A stretch of 64,000 nucleotides of DNA, taken from assembly GCA_039096225.1 (NCBI GenBank), contig JBBPEB010000018.1, positions 306,003 to 370,002 of the forward strand, given 5' to 3'. Each line of letters opens with the position of its first letter. The stretch's first letter is position 1. The DNA is from Blastocystis sp. Blastoise (Eukaryota; Protista; Bigyra: Opalinata). The translations under genes were made by a program, and so were the position numbers. Positions 27,226 to 42,547 of this stretch are shown piece after piece. Below the pieces are notes generated by a model that worked only from the letters and a program-made list of their open reading frames with translations, did not search any database and was not told where the DNA came from.

Positions 27226-27951
27226 ATGAATAATCCTAATGAGGTTACCCGTGACTCAGTATCAAGTGATGGTCAGGACAACAATTCAACACATTCTGGA
27301 GAAAATACACCTCGTCCATTTGAATCGTGTCCACAATTCCCTATGATGCCTTTTGGATATGGTCCATTTATGACTCCTCCAGTTTTGAGTAGCATGTCTC
27401 TGAATGGTTATGGACGATATACACCTATTCAAAAAGGATATCCTCCTTTTCCTCAAGATTTTATTAATTTTCATAAGAATCAACGAATGCGCATGATGAT
27501 GGAAGAAAATAAAAAGAAATTATCTCAAAATATTGATACAAAGCGAAATGCAGAAAGTAATGTGACAACCGTTAAGAATGATTATCAAAAGAAGACATCT
27601 GTTGCTATGTGTCCATTTCTTGGTTTTGGTAGAATAGAAAGTAGAGAATATGATAATTATTATATGTTACTTGTAGATTTACCTGGAATGAGTAAAGAAG
27701 ACGTTATTATGGAAATTGAAGACAACTTCTTAATTGTAAGTTGTAATCGTCCTGAAAAAGATTCTGGTCCAGAATATAAAGTGATGTATACAGAACGAGC
27801 TACTGGTAATTTTGAACGTAAATTCGAGATTATGAATGATATTCAAGTAGATGGTATATCAGGTGATTATAAAAATGGTGTTCTTTATGTTAAATTACCT
27901 AAAAAACAAGTTGGTGTCAAACCTGAACGTAAAAAGATTCTTCTTAATTAG
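27226..27951 (+). CDS. Small heat-shock protein (HSP20/alpha-crystallin), intronless
   Basis: YMLLVDLPGMSKEDV, ERATGNFERKF and ISGDYKNGVLYVKLPK. Start placed at MNNP (27226) because the upstream in-frame sequence looks UTR-like. Confidence 0.88.
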   Translation: MNNPNEVTRDSVSSDGQDNNSTHSGENTPRPFESCPQFPMMPFGYGPFMTPPVLSSMSLNGYGRYTPIQKGYPPFPQDFINFHKNQRMRMMMEENKKKLSQNIDTKRNAESNVTTVKNDYQKKTSVAMCPFLGFGRIESREYDNYYMLLVDLPGMSKEDVIMEIEDNFLIVSCNRPEKDSGPEYKVMYTERATGNFERKFEIMNDIQVDGISGDYKNGVLYVKLPKKQVGVKPERKKILLN

Positions 27952-28295
27952 GAGAATTCTTTTCTTTCTTATTAAAGCATGTATTCTATATTTTGTCCTT
28001 GTCTCTCATTTATTTATTCTAGTTTTATATACATATTATTGAATGTAAAATATTGATGTTTACATATTGAATCCTTTCTTCTTATTCATTTGTATTTTTT
28101 TTTTTGTTTAGTAGTCATTATTCATTATACATATTTTATTTGATAATTTATTTTTAAAATTGTTAAAATAAACAACAAAACAAATTATATTTTTATTGAA
28201 ACAATAATAATTAACAATATATATATATATATATATTTAAAAAGTTAATTATTAAAAAGAGAGTTGTAAAGATGTAATATATATATATATCATTA

Positions 28296-28797
28296 TTAAG
28301 CTTTAACGACACTCATAAGTTCAACTTTATTCAACCATCTTCTTTCCCATCTATATATATATATATTATATTATATTATATTATATTATATTATATTACA
28401 TGAATAAAATATATTTAAATATATCAAATTAAAACAAATAGAAAAAAAACATATTAAATAAATAGAAAAAAAAATATCATAAAAAAGCATACACTTTAAT
28501 AATATAATAATTATTGTTGCCAACATCGACCTTGATTCTGTACATAGCACCAGCAACTACTTGTACGGAAGCAGAAACAGGTTCAAATTTAGTAACTTCT
28601 TGATTAATAGAAGATATAGCTTGAGACTTGACAGTTTCACAAATTTTACGAATATCATCATCAACTTCATGATTCACAATAGAACCAGTTGAGTGAATAG
28701 TTAATCCATCATCCTTTAAGTTGAGTGAGGAAGTAATACGAAAGAAACTTAAAAGAGCGACGATAAAAGCTAATTGATAAAAAATAGCAGATTTCAT
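28296..28797 (-). CDS. Secreted cystatin (cysteine protease inhibitor), 2 exons
   Basis: Signal peptide, N-terminal Gly, QVVAG motif; second exon gives KVWERRWLNKVEL. Confidence 0.9.
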
Positions 28798-30071
28798 TTA
28801 TAGATTATGTATCTTACAAAGATAGAACTAAATAAATATGATCTTCCTTCAGGAAAAAAAAAGAAGCGAGTTTTCAAAAAGTGAAATAATCACGATTATC
28901 ATCGACCAAACACGTCGTTTTCATTAATTACTAATTGTTGTCTGTTAATTAAGAGTTCGAAAGAAATATATGCATATATAACACGAAACTGATCTCAATA
29001 ATCTCTTGAAGCTATAAATGTTGCATTTAAAAAAATAATCAAAACAAATGACTTCTTTCGATATTTTGTTGTTTCTCTTAATGTTCATATATAGCTATTG
29101 CTCATGAATTTGTTATTATATCAGGTGGAAAAGTCAGAATGTCTGCTGTATATAGTTTTTGTTTTATTTAGTGTAGAGTGATTGTGTACTACTTAAGGGT
29201 CACATGAAGAGTTTATAGATATATAGATGTATCAAATGGTTTAGATAATCATTCATTTATTGAGTTTATAGTGTATTGTTTTTTAAGTTTTATGTTATGG
29301 TTTTTTATTATAGGTAAATCAATATAGTTTTCGTTAATACTAAAAATATGATGAGGTACAAGAAATTATCAACTAGTTTATATATGTAATGTGGTTTTTG
29401 TTCGCTATTTATTTCAACTATTAATAATAATAGAAATTTGCAGTGAAACTATAAATATTTTCATCAGACTACCTATATGAAATTATGTGTAAATATATAT
29501 AATAACAAGAATTTATTCAATACTATTATCTATTATTATAAATAATATAATCTCATGAATTTGTATAATAGAATGGTTATATATAGGTATACATTTATTC
29601 TTTATTATAATCATAACTTCTTGAGATGTGGTTGCATATAAATAATAATATATGTTTAAGAAGTACATAACATCATATATATACATAATTGTGATACATA
29701 TTTATAAACAACAACTCTACCAACGAGAATAACTATAATCAAATACTATTTATCTTATGATTTCCGTAGATAATATATATATAATTAGTATTCTATTAAA
29801 CCATATTTAAAGACAATAAATATATTATTCTTAATTAAAAAATATATATATGTATATTTAGTTACCATGAATACTATATTCATATTGTTTAATTATATAA
29901 ATGTGATATTTTATTGTATACAGTATACAAATATGAATTTGATATGAAAATATATATTAAAAAACAATGAATTAATTTTGAAAAGCAAACTATAAATATA
30001 TGTAAACATAAACTTTCTGATTAGAAAGATATTGATTGAATATTTTTTTAATAGAATTTTTTATAAACCAA

Positions 30072-31595
30072 ATGCAGTTTTCTTTTTTGAATTATAAAGA
30101 CAACAGAATTATTGCTGTTAAGGTAGAAGGAGGATATGTGGATTGTTCTCGCCTTATTCCAGGTGGAGCCAATTCTGCGTTAGCTTATGTTGCTGATAGA
30201 GAAGCAGCATTTTTAGGTTCTGTTCAATGGAAATTAGATTCTGAACATGAAGTTATTCCTGAAAATGAAGTTGAATATCTTTCTCCAGTGTCTGAACCCA
30301 AAAAGATTATTTGTATCGGTATTAACTATCAAGAACATAGTATATAAATCTATTTTTATTTGTTTTAATGATAATTAACAAATATAAAGGTGATGAATTT
30401 GCTACGAATGCACCAGAAGAACCTATTGTGTTTAGTAAGTTCTCTGACACCATTATTCCATGCAATGACAAGATTATTTGTCCTGATTGTTGTCAAGAAT
30501 TAGATTATGAATGCGAACTTTGTTTGATTGTTAAAGACGAATGTTATAATATATCTGTCGAAGAAGCTCAGGAACATATTCTTGGATATACAGTAGCAAA
30601 TATCCTAAACATTTTTTTTTTATATATTTTTTTTCAGTTAATAATTCATTGTTTTTATAATAATATCATTATAGTTATATGTTTCCTTTATTATGCTTAC
30701 ATGATGTTAGTTCTCGTGACTGGCAATTAAAACGTAATAATAAACAATGGACTGTTGGCAAAAGCTTCCCTACTTTTTGTCCTATAGGTATATGTTGTGT
30801 GATTGTTGTTTTATATTATATTATTGTGATTTATATTATATCGGGTTATTGATTATTTATACTATGTTATATTATACATTTATATACTGTTATATTATAC
30901 ATTTATATTATATTATATATTTTATTATATATTTTTATTCTATTATATAATTTATAATAAATATAATATTTATACCTCTACATTATATATAGTCTCTATC
31001 ATTATATTGTTCTTCATATAAATAATATATATATATATAATATAGTTTTATTCATATTATTTATTCTATCTATATTCTATATTTCTTTTTAGGTCCTCAT
31101 TTCGTTCTCTCCAGTGAATTTAATCCTTTAAATAAAAAAATATATACATATGTTAATGGAGAATTAAGACAAGTATTTATTTATAGAATTATTTATTATT
31201 CTATACAAATAGATATATATATATTTTATATATAAATATATATATATATAAATTTCTTTTTTTTTTTTGTATCATATTTATTTTATTTAGCTTTTAATTA
31301 TAAATAAATATGACAATGCTATAATAAATATGTATAGAATTCGAATACATCGAAAATGATATTCAATCCTTATGAATTACTTGCTTGGGTATCTAATTTA
31401 TTTCATTTAGAAAGAGGAGATATTATTCTTACTGGAACTCCTTCAGGTGTAGGTGCTTTCTCGAATCCACCTAAATTCATTCATGATGGAGATACTGTTA
31501 TTTGTGGAATTGAAGGAATAGGCGAATTGAAAAATGAAGTAATCAAACAAGCAGATGTAAATACTAATAAAACTGGACTCCTTACTCGTTTATAA
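30072..31595 (+). CDS. Fumarylacetoacetate hydrolase family protein (FAHD2-like), 5 exons
   Basis: [32 protein letters not shown]|[20 protein letters not shown] and [13 protein letters not shown]. Confidence 0.93.
30600..30700 (+). other. U12-type AT-AC intron in the FAH gene
   Basis: Donor ATATCCTAA; branch-like TTCCTTTAT 9 nt from the 3' end; removal restores the invariant ANDVSSRD motif. Confidence 0.88.
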
Positions 31596-31959
31596 GTGAT
31601 ATTCTCCTAGAAATCTATTTTTTTTTAAAGTTATCTATCTGTTATATGTATATATACATTTATCATGGTAAATAACTCTTCAATAGTCAATAATCTTTAT
31701 ATATTCCTTTTTTATCACTTGATTTACAACGTTAAAAAATAAAATTTTGCTGGTTAACACTTGTTTTAATATTTGTTTTAAATCGTTATTTAGAAATACT
31801 CATAACTATCAAAATATAAATACATCTTTAATAAAAACAAACATCTTTTTCATTTCCAGAATTAAACTAAAGAATCACTCAGAATTCCTATACAATCGTG
31901 GAAATCTTTTTTTCTTTCTTTCTTTCGTTTTAAAAATATATTATTTCCATTTTTACTGA

Positions 31960-32374
31960 ATGAAATATATACTTTTGCTATTCATTGTTGTCGTGGCAAA
32001 TGCCATTATTATACAAGTTCCAATTCGTGATACACTTTGTTTATACGATGAACTAAGTGTTAGTAACAAGGTTGATTTCCGCGTAGAAGTATTGTCTGGT
32101 GGTGAAAAAGATATACAGTTCACTATTACATCCTTAGGACGGGATGAAGTTGTATACACAAAGGAATTGGGAGATCGACTTTTAATTCTTCCTTATCTTC
32201 ATGAACATGATTTTGAATTTCCTTATTTTTCAGAATATAAATTCTGCTTTGATAATACCATAGGTACAAAATATCCAAAGATGGTTAAATTTGAATTAAC
32301 TAATGTTGAAAGTTGTATGTTTTTTTTTATTTATTTATTTATTTATTTATTTATTATTTTATTTATTTATTATT

Positions 32375-32405
<31 letters not shown>

Positions 32406-33066
32406 TTATATTTATTTTATTTATTTATTTATTTATTTATTATATAAATAATAATATAAATCTTTACTATTTTAGTTTCTGGTTGGAGTGCTGAAGATGA
32501 AAAAGTTGAACCTATACAAGAATCAGATGTATATAATATATTATTTGTTATTTATATTTATAATTATATTATATACCTTATACTTAATTAAATAGATGAT
32601 CTATATATATATATATAAATATAGGTGAATCGTATTGCTAGTGGTGTTCAAGATATTACTAAATTAGCTAATGAAATTAAAGGTAGACAAGCTGCTTTTA
32701 AAACACAAGAAACTGAAAGAAGATCAAGTATATATATTATTTATATAGATTTAGAAAATATTTATTATTTTAATTTATTCTATATTATTTATATAGATTT
32801 AGAAAATATTTATTATTTTAACTTATTCTATATTATTTATATAGATTTAGAAAATATTTATTATTTAACTTATCCTATATTATTTATATACATTTAAAAT
32901 TATTATATTATTTAACTTATTCTATATTATTTATATAGATTTAGAAAATGTTCATACAAGAGTTTCTTTTACGTCTATTACTGAAATAGTAGTGTTTATT
33001 ATCTTTGCAATAGTTCAAGTATATGTCGTTAAGAGTTGGTTTCAGAGAAAAGGTATTTTAGGCTAA
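31960..33066 (+). CDS. p24/EMP24/TMED GOLD-domain cargo receptor, 4 exons
   Basis: Signal peptide, GOLD domain (CLYDEL...VLSGGEKDI...YKFCFDN), coiled coil, TM helix ending QVYVVKSWF. Confidence 0.88.
32735..32950. repeat. About 48-bp tandem repeat duplicating the 3' splice site and exon start
   Basis: TATTATTTATATAGATTTAGAAAAT recurs with AG ending at 32748, 32796, 32844 and 32938. Confidence 0.9.
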
Positions 33067-33621
33067 ATTACTTTACTATCTAAATACATTATTGTTTATT
33101 TTATTTATTATTATGTTTTATTATTCATGGAGACCGTATATATTTATATTTCATATATTTATATTGCAATGTATTTCTTTTAAATCGTGTTAAAACATTC
33201 TCCAATAAACTAATTTTTGTTGTGTTTTTTTTTTTTGCTTTTGATATCTATAAAGTCATCAAGATAGGTATAATAGTTTTGGGAAATTCTTATCATCCAT
33301 TTGTTTAATGTCTTTAATAATAAGAATAAATATATTTATGTATATATATACATTATATAGATCCAAAAAAATACAATAATAATAAAGATCATACAAATCA
33401 ATAAAAATCATTTTAAATACAAAGAATAGTTAACATATTAAATAATATATATATATATGTATATATATATAACAAAAGACGTTTCTGTAACCAAAACTAC
33501 TGTTAATTTTTCTTCTAATTAAAATCAAAACAAAATAATAAATGAACATACAAAAACTATAATACATTTAACTAAATAAGCAAAAAAAACAAAAATTCAG
33601 TGAAACTATTTTCAATTTAAC

Positions 33622-34305
33622 TTAGGCATCATCATCTTCTTCTTCAACTTCTTCACTATCATATTCATCTTCATCCTCATCTTCATCAAAACTTCCGTTA
33701 TCATTTAAAAATTCTTCAACATTAATTCCTTGAGCTTTAAGTTGTTCGATTTCTTCAGGAGTTAAAGAACCAATACTATCTTCAATTTCTTCATCGTTTT
33801 CACCAGATTCTGTGAAAGTTTCAAGCCATTCATCGAAACTATCAGCAACATAATACATAAAAGGACAGTTGACACAATTTTCATCAGTTTTGTACATATT
33901 AGGATTTTCTCTGAAATTTTCTTGTTCAGCAGATAAGAAATAAATACGTCCATTATTCTTTTTACCAGTACAAATAAGAATTTTGTTACCAAAGCCATCA
34001 ACAGCAATAGGTACATAATCATTTTGACTAATACAAGCATCTTCAAAAATGTCTTTACAGTCTTGTTGAACGGTGTAAATATCTTCATAATCGTCACCAC
34101 CAATGGATAAGAAAAAATCTACAGCTTCAGTAGGTTCGTCGTTTCCAACAGGAACGAATCCACAAGGTTCAGGAATACCACCATTATGTTCTAAGAGGAA
34201 TTTTTTATATTCTTCAGGGAACTTAAGACCTAATTTGCTTTCAAGAGCAGCAATATCCTTACTTTCAACAGCTTCTTTAGAATCAATAATTTCAACGTTA
34301 GTCAT
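33622..34305 (-). CDS. SMI1/KNR4 (SUKH) family protein with acidic tail, intronless
   Basis: DIAALESKLGLKFPEEYKKFLLEHNGG, YVPIAVDGFGNKILI...GRIYF and VADSFDEWLE are hallmark SUKH motifs. Confidence 0.88.
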   Translation of the reverse strand: MTNVEIIDSKEAVESKDIAALESKLGLKFPEEYKKFLLEHNGGIPEPCGFVPVGNDEPTEAVDFFLSIGGDDYEDIYTVQQDCKDIFEDACISQNDYVPIAVDGFGNKILICTGKKNNGRIYFLSAEQENFRENPNMYKTDENCVNCPFMYYVADSFDEWLETFTESGENDEEIEDSIGSLTPEEIEQLKAQGINVEEFLNDNGSFDEDEDEDEYDSEEVEEEDDDA

Positions 34306-35511
34306 ACTTTCTAATAAATCTAATATACTAATTAAGAAATAATATAGAAGAGTTTTTGGAGGTGTTATTTCTTATATAATCAAGTATTATAAAACTCTGA
34401 TGCTTAAACATCTCGAAGAACCAATGAATTCTTCTAAAATATCTACATTTCTGGTTCAACCAATAGTTTCCAACAAAACTCATTCAAATCAAACTCTTTT
34501 ATTTATATATAAATATTTGTATCAAAAAGATAATCAATAATTCTGGAGTGCGATTGTAAAGTGACTTTTTCAAAAATTTTAGATGCTTTTTCTATACTTT
34601 TTCTGTTTAGTGTTTATTCTGTTTCGATAAAACAATAAAACCAGACATTTTTATGTATGTTTAGGTATTTTTAGAGTTCTTCTTGTTTGAAAAGTTATGT
34701 TAGAAATTTATAATAATCAATTTATTTATTGACAACAGTAAAATTTATTATTCTTTAGGAATCTTCTGATATTACAATCAACGAAAGAAGACAGTTCGTT
34801 TTTTTGTAAATTCAAATAGGACTTGTTTTTTTAATTATTCTATTGTCACGTTTTTTTGTTTGTTTTCTCCTAATTATATCAGCACTCTTTATATTGAATA
34901 CTATTTGCTAATTGATTATCAAATAGGTCTAATTATCATTTAAATCTTCATAATATGTAATTGTTCTTATTTCTATATTGTCCATAATTCGTGAACTTTT
35001 AAAAATATCAAAAAATATTCAAATAATGTCATCAGAATTATCCTAAAACATTTCATTTCATTTATAGATATACTTGCAAATACATTTAATATAATTCCTG
35101 AGTGTTTAAATAGTCATTCGAATAAAAATAAACTTGAAACTAAGCTGTTTCATGCGAAATGTCATTAGTAATATCATTTTTTTTTAATTTAAAAACATTT
35201 TTAATAGATGAATTTTATTTTTCAAATAAAATAAAACGAGATAATAATTTGTTACTGATTTTTAATTCTTTAAATAAACAAAATAAAAGTTTAAACTTTT
35301 ATAAAATATCAAACTACATACAAAACTTGTTTTAGTTTCATTTAAAAAATACTAATACATTCATTTGAAAGCAATTAAGAATTTAAAAAACAAATTATAA
35401 AATAATTTTTGATAAAGACAAAAAAATTAAGAATTTTTCGTTTTCTTTTTAAAGTAGATTAATTTTTATTTCTTTTTAAAGACCATTCTTTTTTTATTTC
35501 ATAATTGGAAT

Positions 35512-38978
<3,467 letters not shown>

Positions 38979-39626
38979 CTATATATTTGTAACATATTTT
39001 TTAATTTTTATATTTCTTTTATCATATATACACTTAACTTCACATTTCTAATGAATCATCATATATTGGAATATATTCTATATGTATTAATCATTTTTTG
39101 TTGTGTTTTATAAATCATATAAATTAAAAAAAATACTATTTGTTTTCAAACTTGAATAATCATTAGAAGATCAAGTTAAATAAATAGAAATAAAAATACA
39201 GTATCGAAAAAGAATTGTTGAAATTACAATCACTAATGAAAAGCATATAAATGATACTAATATCGTAGACAAGTCTTTTAAAACTTAGAAATATCTTTAA
39301 TAAAGAATAATTCATTTATGAAAAGTTCAAAACAATAAGATTCTAATCTCGTTCTTCTGAAACAAAATATGAAAAAATGGAAGTACACCTGATATTTGTG
39401 TTTTAATCATAAAAATTTCGATCTTTTTCTTTCTGTCTCTTTTTATTAAAAAGATATTTTTAATTGTGAATTGTTGATTCTTTTCAATTAAATCAAAAAA
39501 GATATAATTTAAGTTATAAAAATGGAAAACAATGAATATGAGAACGAAAATTCGTCGTATGTTCTTTTTTCTTTTCGGTTCTAATTCACTTCTAGTTCTC
39601 AAGATGAACAAGACTCTCAATTAGTA

Positions 39627-40466
39627 ATGGAAATCCTAAAAGGATTGTCGCAAAAACTGAATGGACGAAGAGGGTCATCAGTTGATATGGCCATTGTGAA
39701 TTGTGAAAGTATTTCGACAATCTATATTTCATATATACTCCTTTTATATATTATCATCTATATAGCAATGTCCTTAAAAGAGTTTTTGAAAGTGTCTTTA
39801 GGTTCTATTATTTATGAAGATAATTTCAAAACAATTAATTCTTTAGTTGATATGCATAAAACTGTAGGATGTACGTTACGTTCTATTGGTATTGTTCCTG
39901 AATTATTTGATCATGAAGTCTTTTGGAAGTTACCGAATAAATATTGTTTATGGCTTTTATGTGGTTTAAATTTCATTCTTCAAGAAAAGTATATATGTTT
40001 ATAAATTATTTTTTATACTATTGTTTTAATGCTTCTATAACTAATGTTTATCTATTTTTAAAAACCAATTTTTATTATTTACTTTTTAGAAATGAGACTG
40101 CTTCTCGATTCCGTTGTTTATGGAGTGACGCAGTTCATAAAGTCCATGGTCATGGCCAAGTACTACTGAATCAAGATCATCAATGTGATGATGTACTCGT
40201 CACACTTCTTAATATATTTGATATATTTCATACAAATATGAATCGTATGAATACAGAAAACTCTAAAATAACCGTGGAAACAACTGAAAATAGTATTATA
40301 TTTGATCCTACAGATTCTGTTTACGAAGGTATATATACTGAACTTGGAAAACTCTTCTCTACTTTAGCTCAACCTGGTGTTAATACAAATATACTTTATA
40401 AAATGTTTACTTATATATCAAACAATACACCTTTAAGAGGTGTTTTTATTAGTATATATATATGTA

Positions 40467-40498
<32 letters not shown>

Positions 40499-40659
40499 GA
40501 TATTTTGAGTACTTTATTAAGAGCCCCGCCACAATCTCCCGCCATTTATTACCTCCTTTCTGGAGCTAATGGTATATTATATATTAGTATTCTATATATT
40601 TATGTTTGCTGTTTATAGGTATTGATTTTAAATATGAATCGTATCCTTTTAATTCAGGG

Positions 40660-40692
<33 letters not shown>

Positions 40693-41399
40693 ATATATAT
40701 ATTATTATTATATATATATTATTATATATATAAATTATTATATATTATACATATTATTATTATATATTATTCTATATCCTATTTTAGTATGTACTTCGCT
40801 ACACAGATATATATGGAGCGATCCATGTTAAAGAAACAATATATATTATCAATTCGAGATACCAAGTATATATATTATTAATATTATTATTTATATAATT
40901 AATAATATATAATAATATCTGATTATAGTGAGAATGGAGTGGCACTTTATATAGATAATGGTATATATATAATTATTATATATATATATATACATATATA
41001 TATATCTTCTATATATAGGTATATTATGTTTTCTTTATTCGCCACCCAAAAAGTCAACAACAACACTTCAAGTATTTTTATATCATAAATAACCGCGGTA
41101 ATATTATTATGTCTATAGCTTCCTATTCAAATCTTGAATAAGAAATGGTATCACATCGCATTCTCTATAACCAAGTATATATATTATATACTATATTATA
41201 AATCTTATATATATATATATTCATTATATTTTCTCTATTATAAATATCGATAATATCCTTTATATATACTATATTATACAGATCTATAAAATACTATATA
41301 TAGAAAGCGATGGAAGGATGATAAATTTACTGTTTATTTAGACGGACAAGCTGTTTATGAAGGGAAAATAGTATTACCACAGTTATCTACTAGTATATA

Positions 41400-41482
<83 letters not shown>

Positions 41483-42507
41483 CCTTCTATTTCTGTGGGA
41501 AGAGAGTTTTATGGTTATATATCATCTATTCTTTTCGCTAAAGAAGAACCCCCTCAAAATGTAATCGCAGAAATGATTGATAATCCTCCAAGAAATGATT
41601 CTTCCCCGTGGGATATTTGCGTCGATGTTCTTGGACATTCAGATGACTGGGGAAAGAAGTAAACTATTTATATATATACATTATAGAAATAATAAATTAT
41701 GTATTATATATATTTCTATATAGTATTGTTGCTTATTTCTCTCCTGCACTTTCTGCCGGAGTAGCAGACACAAATCCCCGTGAAATTATTGAAGTTTACA
41801 GTAACTGGACAGGATCTATTTCCCGCGACTGCTACATTTGGCGCGCAAGTCGTTGCCAAGAAACACTTTATATTTGTGGCGGCAGTAAAACTCTTTTACC
41901 GCTCTATTCTATATTCAATAATCGTAGTTCTGGTATATATTTATATACATGATATTATCTCTATTGGCTGTATCAACTAATATCAATATTCTTATCATAT
42001 TAGTTCTATATATATATATATATATATATATAGAGGATCGCTCCCCCTGTTACTTGGTTTCTCTGGTTTCCCTTTTAACAAACTATATAGAACACAATTC
42101 AATTCACCAACAAGAGGTATATATGAATCGAACTGTCTCTATTGTATCCGCGGTATTAGCAAAGGCACCAACATTTGTTATTGAAGTATATATATATATA
42201 TATGTATAGTAGAGATTATTCATATATATACATGATATATATTATATATAAAGTATATATAATATATGTACATAATATATACATAATATATTTTATATAT
42301 ATACATAATATATTTTATATATATACATAATATATATACATACTATTACATAATGTATACATATCAATATAGGAAGGAGGTAGTCTTGAAGGTATTATGC
42401 AGTTATTCTCTATGGCTACTTATGTACCACTTAAACAACAAGTATATATATATTTATATTCCAATAATTTATATATTTATTTCAATATACATTTATATAT
42501 ATTTCAC

Positions 42508-42547
<40 letters not shown>

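Noticed and set aside
32735-32950. CRISPR-like periodic repeat
   Set aside because: The intervening sequences are near-identical rather than unique spacers, the context is a eukaryotic intron, and there are no cas genes.
40641-40650. GTATCCTTTT, a perfect GT-type U12 donor in the BEACH gene
   Set aside because: It encodes YPFNSG, which matches the conserved WP..G.F segment of neurobeachin-like proteins. The GT at 40659 is the better donor.
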